This document shows, piece by piece, positions 31,573 through 41,649 of a stretch of DNA of 64,000 nucleotides. The notes under the pieces were generated by a model. It saw only the letters and a program-made list of their open reading frames with translations, was not told where the DNA came from and did not search any database. The DNA lies in assembly GCA_965226055.1 (NCBI GenBank), contig CBDDCA010000006.1:893440-957439 (forward strand), given 5' to 3'. Position 1 is the stretch's first letter, and the number at the start of each line of letters is the position of its first letter. Both the position numbers and the translations under genes were made by a program. The stretch comes from Spirochaetia bacterium. GTDB taxonomy: Bacteria; Spirochaetota; Spirochaetia; WTKD01; G963693115.

Positions 31573-33042
31573 CTATCTTGTGTGAAATTCGTTGCCAACA
31601 CGAACATAATCAGCAATCTCAAATGATAACCAAAACATTGCAGCCACAGAAAGCACTGAAGTTCCTAATGTTGCGTAAAAATACGTGTCTCTTCTTGTAA
31701 TAGATTCTTGATATGAAGCGGAATGTATATCGTTGCCAGCACTCTGTAGGGTATTTGCTTCATTTATGTACAATCCGTATAAAATCAAAGGAGGGATGAG
31801 TGATGCTCCCATTACTGTGAATGCAGTGTAAAAATCGTTACGTTCTTTTTTTAATCTTTCTTCTAAGGGGATAGCATTTGTTTGTTCCAATGCTAAACGT
31901 ACTACTGGAGGAGTGAGGTGGTTAAGGGTAAGTCTTTTTGTTGTATGTTCTGGGAATGTTATTTCCATTTGTTTTGAGAATGAAGGGCGTAAAATGGTAA
32001 CGGGACTATTGCCTACCCATTCTGAGTTGACATATACTTTTGCGTCTGATGGTTCGGTGAGTATAGTAATAGTATCGTTGTTAGTGGTAGAGAATAAAAA
32101 GGTGCGAGATATAGGTTCTAACTCTTGTACTATGAGTACTTCGTCTCGTTGTTGATTGTTATATGCTACCTGTATTGCATGTGCACCAGATATGATGGTA
32201 GAAAGATATACTTCACCAAACCCAATGAGGTTTCCATCCAGTAAAATTTTTGCATCATTGAGTATTTGAGAGTTTTCGGTAACTGCTTTAATGCTCAGTG
32301 ATCCAGCTGGTACACCTAAAACAGCTGTTCGTACTGTTGGGGCTATGCTAGTGAATAGTTGTTGTATATCGGTAGGCTCCACTATTGTTTGTAAAATTTT
32401 TGTAGACTCATTAAATAAAGAATGATATGTATACAGGGATATTACTACAAAACGATTGAGTGTTTCAACAGTGTAGTAAAGTAGCTCTTGTGCTTTTACT
32501 GTTGTTGCTATTCTATTAAGGCTTGTTGTCGATTGAATGTTGTAGCTTGTATTGTTTTCAATAAGTTTTATTGGCAGAGTGCTCTTTACGGGTATATCTT
32601 CATTTTTAATATCACGGATTTTTTGTATTCTCGCTTTCATTTCATTGATTTTTTTTTCTTCTAAACGTCTGTTGTTCCATATGTCTAAATTTTCTTCTTC
32701 TTTTAGGTTTTTATTATTCAGCTCATCTTGTTTTTTTATGAGTTCTATTCCTAGTACCTCTAACGATCGTTCGCGTAAAAATTTGCGTGCTAAATATAGC
32801 TCCTTTGTTGATAATTGTCTTTCTTTTACTTCACGCACAAGTGTTTGGAGCAGAGGGATAACTGAGAGACTTGTAGTTTTAGTCAGAGAGTCCAGAGAAT
32901 CAAAGTCTTCACTGACTATTCCTACAATAGCAACATTCCACGTGCTAAGCAGTCGCTCTTTATTTTCTTGAGAATATACATACCCTGTAAGCTGGATGAG
33001 ACTAACGAATAATAAGATTGTACCAAGATGTCGTGTATACAT
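31573..33042 (-). CDS. PEGA domain-containing membrane protein
   Basis: Signal peptide; TEPSDAKVYVNSEWVGNSP PEGA motif; two C-terminal TM helices. Confidence 0.75.
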   Translation of the reverse strand: MYTRHLGTILLFVSLIQLTGYVYSQENKERLLSTWNVAIVGIVSEDFDSLDSLTKTTSLSVIPLLQTLVREVKERQLSTKELYLARKFLRERSLEVLGIELIKKQDELNNKNLKEEENLDIWNNRRLEEKKINEMKARIQKIRDIKNEDIPVKSTLPIKLIENNTSYNIQSTTSLNRIATTVKAQELLYYTVETLNRFVVISLYTYHSLFNESTKILQTIVEPTDIQQLFTSIAPTVRTAVLGVPAGSLSIKAVTENSQILNDAKILLDGNLIGFGEVYLSTIISGAHAIQVAYNNQQRDEVLIVQELEPISRTFLFSTTNNDTITILTEPSDAKVYVNSEWVGNSPVTILRPSFSKQMEITFPEHTTKRLTLNHLTPPVVRLALEQTNAIPLEERLKKERNDFYTAFTVMGASLIPPLILYGLYINEANTLQSAGNDIHSASYQESITRRDTYFYATLGTSVLSVAAMFWLSFEIADYVRVGNEFHTR

Positions 33043-33119
33043 GCTGTTATACTATACTTTATAAATTATATTTTAAACTATACTTTTACACTATAACTCT
33101 TAAATTGTCATTTTATGAA

Positions 33120-34221
33120 CTATGCTTTCTCAACTATACTTTCTAAGTATGCTTCTATAAAATGGTCTATTTCTCCATCCATAACTTTTTGTGTATCACT
33201 TGTCTCTCTATTTGTTCGGTGATCTTTTACTAAATTATATGGATGAAACACATACGAACGTATTTGGCTTCCCCATGAAATATTTAATTTTTTAGGAGAT
33301 AGAGCATTTCTTTCTTCTTGTTTTTTTTGTTCATAATGATCAAATAGTCTGCTTCGTAGAATTTTGAGTGCAGTTTGTTTATTTTTAATTTGTGAGCGTT
33401 CATTTTGACATTGTACAACAATTCCTGTTTCAATATGAGTAATGCGCACAGCAGAATCTGTTTTGTTCACATGCTGTCCTCCTGCTCCACTGGAGCGATA
33501 TGTGTCCACTCTTATTTCTTCTGGTTTTATTTCAATAGTAGTGGTATCGTTGAGTATCGGAAGGGCATGTACAGACGCAAAGGTGGTATGTCTACGATTG
33601 CTACTATCAAAAGGAGAGAGACGTACTAAGCGGTGTATTCCTGTTTCTGCTTTTAGCTGTCCGTACGCATATTCTCCTTTAATTTCTAATAACACAGACT
33701 TTATTCCTCCTTCTGAAGGTTGAATATCAAGCTCTTTTACGCTAAATTGTTTCTTTTCGCACCATCGAATATAAAGGCGATATAATAGTTTTACCCAATC
33801 GCAAGACTCTGTTCCTCCTGCTCCCGTTTGAACACTCAGATATGAATTATTGATGTCTATTTCGTTGCTAAAAAATGTATAAATTTTTAGTTGCTGAAAA
33901 TCGTGAATAAGCTGTTCATATTCTTGTTGTATTTCGTTGCTATATTCATTACTATCGTCACTTTCTTTTGCAAGTTCACAGAGAGTCTCTAAATTTTCTG
34001 TATCCTGTAGAATTTTCTCCCATTGAGATACTGAGTTTTTGAGGCTGGTTATCTGTTTAAGCACTTGTGTTGCTTGAGCAATATTTTCCCAAAAAGTTGG
34101 ATTTTGACTTTCTTGTTCTAGGCTTGTAATGTGAGAATAGGTGTCTTGTAAGTCAAAGCCGCCTCCATTGAGTAGTAATATCTTGTTTTAGTGTTTCAAC
34201 TTGTTTTATTAATTCTTCCAT
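33120..34221 (-). CDS. prfB: Peptide chain release factor 2 (programmed +1 frameshift)
   Basis: SPF and GGQ motifs; the upstream ORF from ATG 34221 (MEELIKQ...WRRL) ends at CTT-TGA-C. Confidence 0.96.
34152..34166 (-). promoter_or_regulatory. prfB +1 frameshift site
   Basis: GGAGG-CGG-CTT-TGA-C: internal SD followed by the canonical CUU UGA shift site. Confidence 0.93.
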
Positions 34222-34506
34222 ATACAAAGCATAAACTATTTTTTATTTTTGCACAAATGAATTGTAATATTTTTTTGACATCTGCTGAAACCTTTTCTGT
34301 CGCATTTAGTCCTTGAATCTGCAGAACTCGTGATAGATCGATAGCAAACATGTATAAAGTGTTGTATAATTGGATAAAGGAGGCTGGTTTAGTCTAATTT
34401 TGCTTATCCATGCCAGCTCCAAAATTAAAAGTATTGCTTATAGATTTTTATAGAGAAAATAAAGCAGAACAATCTTTGAATAAAGTATATGAAATATGTA
34501 AGAAAC

Positions 34507-36186
34507 ATGAAAAAGAAAAATGTAATTGGCATTGATTTTGGTACAGACTCAGTTCGTTGTATAATAGTTGATTCTACAAATGGAACGCTATTAAGTGAAG
34601 GTATATCTCAATTTAAGCGCTGGAAACAAGGATTATACTGTAATAATCAGATTAACCAGTTTAGACAACATCCTTTAGATTATATTGAAAGTTTAGAGGA
34701 AAGCATTAAGGAGGCGATACATACTCTTGATGCAGAGAGCATTGAAAATATTTGTGCGTTAGCCATAGATACTACTGGATCAACTCCTTGTGCTGTTGAT
34801 AAGACAGGTACTCCGCTTGCCCTTAGCAAAGAGTTTGAAAACAACCCTAATGCTATGTTTGTTTTATGGAAAGATCATACTGCTATTGCAGAAGCTACAG
34901 AAATAAATACACTTGCACACAGTGCTGCTTTTGAAGATTTTACTACCTTTGTAGGAGGAACATACTCTTCTGAGTGGTTTTGGTCTAAGATATTACATAT
35001 AATACGAATAGACACAGAAGTACGTAACGCTGCATTTTCTTGGGTAGAACATAGTGATTGGATGCCTGCATTACTTACAGGCAAAACAGATCCTACAGTG
35101 ATGAGACGTTTTCGTTGTACTGCAGGACATAAGGCTATGTGGCATACATCATTTGATGGTTTACCTTCAGAAGATTTTCTTGTTGCTCTTGATCCATTGT
35201 TAGCAGATCTTCGTTCCCGATTATATCATACTACCGATACTGCAGAGAAAATGGTAGGGCATCTTAGTCCAGAATGGGCAAAGCGTTTAGGGTTGCCTAC
35301 GCATGTTGTGGTATCAGGAGCAGCTCTTGATGCTCATTTTGGTGCTGTAGGCGGGGAAATACAAAGTCTTGATATGGTCAAGGTTATTGGTACGAGTACC
35401 TGTGATATGGTACTTGCTCCGTACTCTATAATGGAAAACAAGTTAGTGCAAGGAATTTGTGGGCAAGTTGATGGTTCAATAGTGCCGGGATATATTGGTA
35501 TGGAAGCAGGCCAATCTGCATTTGGTGATCTGTACGCTTGGTTTAAGGATATGCTCCTAGAACCTACATTGGCACTTATTGGTACTAGCACTGTACTTGA
35601 TGAACAGCAAAAGAAAGCCCTTATACAAGAATTATCAGAAAAGATGATAATGCATCTCAGTAGTGTATGTGAAAGCTATCCACCCTCTTCATCGCTGTGT
35701 GTGTTAGATTGGATAAATGGTCGGAGAACACCGTATGCTAATCAGTACCTTACGAGTGCTATATCAGGTATTACTATGGGAACAAATGCATACAAAATAT
35801 ATCATGCTCTGGTAGAATCAACAGCTTTTGGAGCAAGAAGTATACAGGACAGATTTATAGAAGAAGGCATCAATATACAACGGGTGATTGCAGTAGGGGG
35901 AGTGGCTCGTAAAAGCAATTATGTTATGCAAGTACTTGCAGATGTGTTACAGCGTAGCGTATATGTTTCTGCTGCAGATCAAGTATGTGCGTTAGGAGCA
36001 GCAATGTTTGCTTCTGTTGCAGGTGGCATCCATGCTACTATAGAAGATGCACAGAAGCATATGGGAGCTGGTTTTCAACATATTTTTCATCCTCGTAAAG
36101 AGTACATACAGCAATACGAAACACTGTATGAAAAATATAAAAAGCTCGGGAACTTTGTTGAAGCACAAACGCAGTCAATGGGATAA
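34507..36186 (+). CDS. araB: Ribulokinase (FGGY family)
   Basis: IGIDFGTDSVR, QFRQHPLDY, LWKDHTA, YSSEWFWSK, GTSTCD, EAGQSAFGD, DWINGRRTP; alternative start 34489. Confidence 0.88.
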   Translation: MKKKNVIGIDFGTDSVRCIIVDSTNGTLLSEGISQFKRWKQGLYCNNQINQFRQHPLDYIESLEESIKEAIHTLDAESIENICALAIDTTGSTPCAVDKTGTPLALSKEFENNPNAMFVLWKDHTAIAEATEINTLAHSAAFEDFTTFVGGTYSSEWFWSKILHIIRIDTEVRNAAFSWVEHSDWMPALLTGKTDPTVMRRFRCTAGHKAMWHTSFDGLPSEDFLVALDPLLADLRSRLYHTTDTAEKMVGHLSPEWAKRLGLPTHVVVSGAALDAHFGAVGGEIQSLDMVKVIGTSTCDMVLAPYSIMENKLVQGICGQVDGSIVPGYIGMEAGQSAFGDLYAWFKDMLLEPTLALIGTSTVLDEQQKKALIQELSEKMIMHLSSVCESYPPSSSLCVLDWINGRRTPYANQYLTSAISGITMGTNAYKIYHALVESTAFGARSIQDRFIEEGINIQRVIAVGGVARKSNYVMQVLADVLQRSVYVSAADQVCALGAAMFASVAGGIHATIEDAQKHMGAGFQHIFHPRKEYIQQYETLYEKYKKLGNFVEAQTQSMG

Positions 36187-36407
36187 CTGAAACAAAGAAC
36201 ACTAAAAAGAGCATTACAGTATTTCTTTATATCATTATTGTTTGATTATATTTCCTTACTCTTTTTTTGCTTCTTTGTCGCATTTAGTACTTAAACTCGT
36301 GAACACGAACTTTACACACTTGGCATAATAGAAATTTTGCAGTATACTGATTTTATCAAAAGGGTTCACACGAAACGGTAAAACTCCAAATTTTGTTCTA
36401 CATGGTA

Positions 36408-36448
36408 TTGACAGTATTTTTTCTTTACTGTATACTTACATTAAGTAT
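36408..36448 (+). promoter_or_regulatory. Sigma70-type promoter with overlapping palindrome (candidate operator)
   Basis: TTGACA-17bp-TATACT; inverted repeat ATACTTA-CAT-TAAGTAT (36432-36448) overlaps the -10 box. Confidence 0.65.
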
Positions 36449-36462
36449 TTTTATTAAAAAAA

Positions 36463-37620
36463 ATGGATAGAAACAAAATTAAATATGGTATCATTGGTTC
36501 TGGAATGATGGGAAGGGAGCATATACAAAATATTGGCCTATTAGATACGGCTACAGTTGTTGCTATATCAGAACCCGATACAGAACAGCAGTCTATTACT
36601 CATGCTATCGTTCCTCATGCTACAATATATTCTCATCATAGAGATATGATGAAAGATACAAATATTGATGTATTTGTTATAGCATCTCCTAACTATACTC
36701 ATGCTAATATTTTATTGGATATTTGCAAAACAGATACTCGTCCTATTTTAGTAGAAAAGCCGTTGTGTACTACCATTGATTGTTGTAAAAAGATATTGGA
36801 TATAACAGCAGAGTATTCTGCTCCTATTTGGGTAGCTATGGAATATAGATATATGGAAGCAATTTCTCTTCTTATAAAAAAGGGAAAACAAGGCCTTATA
36901 GGAGAAAAAAAAATGGTATCAATAAGGGAGCATAGATTTCCTTTTTTGAAGAAGGTGGGAGATTGGAATAGATTTAATAAAAACACAGGAGGAACACTTG
37001 TAGAGAAATGCTGTCATTTCTTTGATCTTATGCGAGTGCTTATGGAAGATGAGGTTGTACGAGTGTACGCAAGCGGTGCGAAAGATGTGAATTTTTTAGA
37101 TGAGGAGTATCAGGGGCAAATTCCAGACATAATAGATAATGCATATGTAGTACTTGAGTTTCAATCAGGAAAAAGAGCTATGCTGGATTTATGTATGTTT
37201 TGTGGTGGTTCTTACTATCAAGAATATATAGCAATATTAGGCGATAAGGGAAAGTTAGAATGTAAGATTCCAGGTCCAGATAGATTATGGGCAGTAGATG
37301 ATATAAATGAACTAGGACATTCCACTGGATTTGATGGAGAACATAGAAATTCTGAGCTTGTATTTAGTCCGAGAAGTCCAAAAGGACCTGTTCATCAAGA
37401 AATAAAAGCAAATAAAACATTACGATGTGTAGGTGATCATCTAGGCTCTACTTTTTATCAGCATCAAAAGTTTAATGCTGTAGTACAAGGAGAAGGAGAT
37501 GTGGAAGTGAGTATAGAGGATGGAGTGAAATCAGTAATAATCGGGCTTATTGCAGAGAAATCTATCAGGGATCATCAAGTAATAGAGATGGGAGATATAT
37601 ATAATACCATAATAGGATAA
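36463..37620 (+). CDS. Gfo/Idh/MocA-fold protein, likely NAD+-dependent sulfoquinovosidase (GH188/SqgA-like)
   Basis: YGIIGSGMMGREH, LVEKPLCT, MEYRYM, IREHRFPFLKKVGDWNRF..NTGGTLVEKCCHFFDLM; sulfoglycolytic gene context. Confidence 0.75.
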   Translation: MDRNKIKYGIIGSGMMGREHIQNIGLLDTATVVAISEPDTEQQSITHAIVPHATIYSHHRDMMKDTNIDVFVIASPNYTHANILLDICKTDTRPILVEKPLCTTIDCCKKILDITAEYSAPIWVAMEYRYMEAISLLIKKGKQGLIGEKKMVSIREHRFPFLKKVGDWNRFNKNTGGTLVEKCCHFFDLMRVLMEDEVVRVYASGAKDVNFLDEEYQGQIPDIIDNAYVVLEFQSGKRAMLDLCMFCGGSYYQEYIAILGDKGKLECKIPGPDRLWAVDDINELGHSTGFDGEHRNSELVFSPRSPKGPVHQEIKANKTLRCVGDHLGSTFYQHQKFNAVVQGEGDVEVSIEDGVKSVIIGLIAEKSIRDHQVIEMGDIYNTIIG

Positions 37621-37652
37621 AGTAATTATAAAAATATTATAGGAGGTAAGAT

Positions 37653-38822
37653 ATGAAAAAATATTTTTATGTGATGGTATCAATAGCTCTATTGGTATCA
37701 ATAGTATTTATGAGTTGTGAAAGAGGCACAAAAGAGGCTTCTAAAATGGATGACAGCATGTCTATGAAAGATGATAAGGACAATATGTCATCAGAGATGG
37801 ATATTGATTATAATGCTCTTCCAGAAAATGTTGAGTTCACTATAGTGGCAGCAATCAATACAGGATTAGATAGCTATAACTTTAAGGCTCTTATGTTGCT
37901 TAAGAATTTTATTGAAAATGCTTCTAATGGGAGATTAGGGTTGCAAGTGTATCCAAATGGTCAGATAGCTGCAACGGTAGATGATGGATATAGGGGATTG
38001 CGGGATGGTACTATTGATATTTTTCAAGTAACAGGAGATGCCGCAAGATATTGGCCTCCAATTTCTGTATTTGATATTCCGTATATGCTTGCTGATGATA
38101 GAATTGCAGAAGCAGTACTTACTGACACTGCATTTATTGAAACATTACGAAATGGACAACTTGCTAAAAATCCTAAAATACGATTGATGATGATCACTAA
38201 TAGTGGTGGTTGGAGAAATTTTGCTACAGTAAAGAAACAAATAAAAACTCCTTCTGATGTACAGGGAGTAAAATTAAGGACAGTAGCAAGTAAAGTGCAG
38301 CAAGAGCTAGTAAAGTTGCTAGGAGGAGTTCCTACCAGTATTGCGTGGCCTGAGGTGTATACATCGTTGTCTACAGGGGTAGTTGACGGGACAAAAAATG
38401 GCGTAGTTGATATTATGACAGTTAAGTTTGATGATGTACTAAACTATATCACTCTTGATGGGCATGCGTATATGGCAGGATTTTGGATGTTTAGTCAAAC
38501 AAAATATGATATGCTTCCTGATGATTTACAGGTGGTACTCAATGATGGGTTTAGTGCTATGCAACAGTATTTATTTTCATATCCAAAGTATCAGAGTATT
38601 GAAGCATTTCGACGCTTTCGTGCTCGTGGCATAGAAATATACAAGCCTACTCCTGATGAAATCAAGGAATTTCAAAAAGAGACACAGCCAATTCAAGATT
38701 GGTTTGTAAATGAATACGCAAAGGATCATCCAGAAATACAAGAATATCTTGATTTATACAAAGCAACGATAGCAAAACAGACTGCCATGGTTGAAGCTAC
38801 CAGAAACAGAGAGAAAAATTAG
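37653..38822 (+). CDS. TRAP transporter substrate-binding lipoprotein (DctP family)
   Basis: Lipobox FMS-C; GVKLRT, WPEVYTSLSTGVVDG. Confidence 0.88.
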   Translation: MKKYFYVMVSIALLVSIVFMSCERGTKEASKMDDSMSMKDDKDNMSSEMDIDYNALPENVEFTIVAAINTGLDSYNFKALMLLKNFIENASNGRLGLQVYPNGQIAATVDDGYRGLRDGTIDIFQVTGDAARYWPPISVFDIPYMLADDRIAEAVLTDTAFIETLRNGQLAKNPKIRLMMITNSGGWRNFATVKKQIKTPSDVQGVKLRTVASKVQQELVKLLGGVPTSIAWPEVYTSLSTGVVDGTKNGVVDIMTVKFDDVLNYITLDGHAYMAGFWMFSQTKYDMLPDDLQVVLNDGFSAMQQYLFSYPKYQSIEAFRRFRARGIEIYKPTPDEIKEFQKETQPIQDWFVNEYAKDHPEIQEYLDLYKATIAKQTAMVEATRNREKN

Positions 38823-38859
38823 AGATACAAAAGAGAGATTTGTCAAAAGAGGTATTAGT

Positions 38860-39450
38860 ATGAAAGAGACGCGTGTGATATTTGTGATATATACTTTTTT
38901 ATGTAACATAAACTATTTTATTGCGAAATTGTTATCAAGAATCGCGTCTCTCCTTATTATTGCCATGAGTATTATTATTTTTGCACAGGTAGTGATGAGG
39001 TATATGTTTAGTCGCCCTTTTGAGTGGGCAGAAGAATTGACAATATATATGATGGTATATATGATGTTAATTTGTATTCCATACCTGGTTATTATGAATA
39101 AAAATATCGCTATGACAATCTTTTATGAAAAAATTGCAGGGACACGACTTGGGTTTCTTTTTGATGTAGTGATACATGTATCGTTTCTCACTATTATCAT
39201 TTTGTGGCTTCCTCTTGGAATACGGTTGTTTGTTGATAGTAGAGAAATACTTGCAGCCCAGATGCCAATAACAAGAGATTGGCTTTATTCCAGCGTTCCT
39301 ATAAGTTTTGTAATTACTCTTGTTATTTGTCTGCAAAAAATCATGAGAAGTGTTGTGTGTCTTATACGGGTAGATATGCATGCTTCCTTTCTTGCCATTG
39401 AGAAGCGATTTGAACAATCTGAAACGGCAATATATGAGATAACAACATAA
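38860..39450 (+). CDS. TRAP transporter small permease (DctQ)
   Basis: QVVMRYMFSRPFEWAEEL; four TM helices. Confidence 0.88.
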   Translation: MKETRVIFVIYTFLCNINYFIAKLLSRIASLLIIAMSIIIFAQVVMRYMFSRPFEWAEELTIYMMVYMMLICIPYLVIMNKNIAMTIFYEKIAGTRLGFLFDVVIHVSFLTIIILWLPLGIRLFVDSREILAAQMPITRDWLYSSVPISFVITLVICLQKIMRSVVCLIRVDMHASFLAIEKRFEQSETAIYEITT

Positions 39451-39461
39451 GGAGAATTTTC

Positions 39462-40751
39462 ATGACTATAGTGTTTTTTGTAGTATTTTTTGCTCTCATG
39501 CTTTTGGGGGTACCAGTATTTTATTCTTTGCTTATGGCTCCTATTTTTGAAGTGCTTTTATCAGGAGAAATGCGATTTATTTCGTTACTTTTTAATAAAT
39601 TTATTGGTTCTGTTGAAAGTTTTCCATTACTTGCATTACCTTTTTTTATTTTTGCTGGTGCTATTATGGGAAGAGGAGGAATAATCAAAGGCATTGTAGA
39701 TTTTTCTCAATCAATGATTGGTCATAAAAAAGGAGGCTTAGGGCATGTAGTAATAATGTCTTCAACTCTTTTTTCAAGTTTGACAGGATCAGCAGTGGCG
39801 GCAACCTCAGCTATTGGAAAAATGTTAATTCCTGAAATGGAAAGAAAAGGCTATCCGAGAGTATACGCTTCTGCAATAACCGCTGCATCAACAGTGTTGG
39901 GTCCTATTATTCCTCCGAGTGGAATAATGATTATTTATGCTCTTGTTATGAACGAGTCTATTGCTAATATGTTTATAGCAGGGATAGTTCCTGGAGTATT
40001 AATTTCACTGGGACTGATGATCATTAATTTTTTGATATGCGAAAAGAAAGGCTATGATTATCGTGTGCCAAAATCTACAACAAAAGAGCGGTTTGTAGCA
40101 TTTTTGAAAGCACTTCCTTCTCTGTTAGCTCCTATCATAATATTAGGAGGTATTTATGGAGGAATTTTTACTCCTACAGAAGCTGCTGCAGTTGCGGTAA
40201 TTTATGCCTTAGTGTTGTGTTTGTTTGTACTAAAGACCTTAAAATTAAAAGATATATTTATTATTGGGCTTGAATCTTGTGTTTCTTCTGCGGCAATATT
40301 AGTACTGGTGGGAGCAGCAAGTAGTTTCGCTGCTATTGTAGGACTATCACCCTTATCAAAGTACATTGCTATTGTTACGTCCTCTATTACCAGTAATCCT
40401 TATGTCTTATTTTTCATCATCAATATAATATTACTTATTATTGGTATGTTTATGGATGCTGGACCAGCAATACTTATTTTTGCTCCAATTCTTGCTACCC
40501 CGCTCTTACGCTTAGGCATAGACCCTCTTCATTTTGGAGTAGTAATGAGTATTATTGTTACCTTAGGATTAGCAACACCTCCTATGGGACTTGTATTGTT
40601 TGTTGCATCGGATATATCAAAAATATCCTTAGAAAAGATAGCTTTAGAAGCCTTGCCATTTTTGATATTAGAAATAGTGATGGTATTTTTGTTTACTTTC
40701 TTTCCTATTCTTATACTAGGGTTGCCTCGATTATTAGGAATGATACAGTAA
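39462..40751 (+). CDS. TRAP transporter large permease (DctM)
   Basis: PLLALPFFIFAG, TGSAVA, IIPPSG, GIFTPTEAA, TPPMG. Confidence 0.93.
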   Translation: MTIVFFVVFFALMLLGVPVFYSLLMAPIFEVLLSGEMRFISLLFNKFIGSVESFPLLALPFFIFAGAIMGRGGIIKGIVDFSQSMIGHKKGGLGHVVIMSSTLFSSLTGSAVAATSAIGKMLIPEMERKGYPRVYASAITAASTVLGPIIPPSGIMIIYALVMNESIANMFIAGIVPGVLISLGLMIINFLICEKKGYDYRVPKSTTKERFVAFLKALPSLLAPIIILGGIYGGIFTPTEAAAVAVIYALVLCLFVLKTLKLKDIFIIGLESCVSSAAILVLVGAASSFAAIVGLSPLSKYIAIVTSSITSNPYVLFFIINIILLIIGMFMDAGPAILIFAPILATPLLRLGIDPLHFGVVMSIIVTLGLATPPMGLVLFVASDISKISLEKIALEALPFLILEIVMVFLFTFFPILILGLPRLLGMIQ

Positions 40752-40813
40752 TGTAAGTAATATAATAGTAGTAGAAATCAAATTTTAAAAATCAAAACAT
40801 AGGAGTAAAAAAT

Positions 40814-41572
40814 ATGATAAAAGAAGGAAAAAAATTTCATAGGGAGTATGCAACATGTGAATTAAAAGAGATTTTTAATCAATCTAATTCTAATTTAGAT
40901 TTTTTAAGTCTTGCAGAATTACATATTGAACATACTCGATCAATGACCTTAAGTTATAAACAAGAGGAATGTTTAATTTTTAATATAGGATCTCCCGTTC
41001 ATTGTGTAGTGGAAGGAAAGAAATATATATTAGATACGCGTGATGTATTGTATGTGCCGATTGATACTGTGTTTTATGTTGAACATAAAGATAAGAAAGA
41101 GAAAGGATTATTATACATATATAGGGCGGTAGGTGATGAAAAGTACACGGTATTTCATTCGAAATGGAAAAAGATGAAATTAGACAAAAATCGCTTACGT
41201 GTATTACATCGAAAAGACGTATTCTTGATGTTTGATGTTTCTGAAAAAGCCAATAAGTTTATGGCAGGGTATACATTCTATCAAGACAGAACAAGAGCAT
41301 GGCCACCGCATAATCATCGTGATCAAGAAGAATGCTATAGTTTTATTGAAGGAAGTGGGGCAATGCAAGTATATGAAGATGATGAGCATATGTCGTTTGT
41401 GAAATCTGTAAAGGTAGGCGATCATATTACTATTCCATTGTTGAACTATCATCCTGTGTTTAGTCATGAAGAGCCTCTATGTTTTATCTGGTGTATTGCA
41501 GGAGAAAGATATTGGGTAGGAGATAAAAGTAAAGATTTTATGAAAGGAAAAGGAGCTAGCATTACTACATAA
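40814..41572 (+). CDS. IolB/KduI-like cupin isomerase (candidate sulfoquinovose isomerase)
   Basis: WPPHNHRDQEECYSF and YHPV metal-binding motifs typical of IolB/KduI bicupins. Confidence 0.75.
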   Translation: MIKEGKKFHREYATCELKEIFNQSNSNLDFLSLAELHIEHTRSMTLSYKQEECLIFNIGSPVHCVVEGKKYILDTRDVLYVPIDTVFYVEHKDKKEKGLLYIYRAVGDEKYTVFHSKWKKMKLDKNRLRVLHRKDVFLMFDVSEKANKFMAGYTFYQDRTRAWPPHNHRDQEECYSFIEGSGAMQVYEDDEHMSFVKSVKVGDHITIPLLNYHPVFSHEEPLCFIWCIAGERYWVGDKSKDFMKGKGASITT

Positions 41573-41649
41573 AAACTATGTTGGTAGTGTATACTATAAC
41601 AAAAAAATATATCAATACATGACACTATAAGATATAAAGGAGGAATATA

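Noticed and set aside
33120-34221. prfB as a pseudogene or novel recoding event
   Set aside because: This is the well-known autoregulatory CUU-UGA +1 frameshift with an internal SD.
36463-41572. myo-inositol catabolic operon (iolG/iolB)
   Set aside because: No iolC, iolD or iolE in the window; the neighbours (SqvA-like transaldolase, DUF4867, TauE) point to sulfosugar metabolism.
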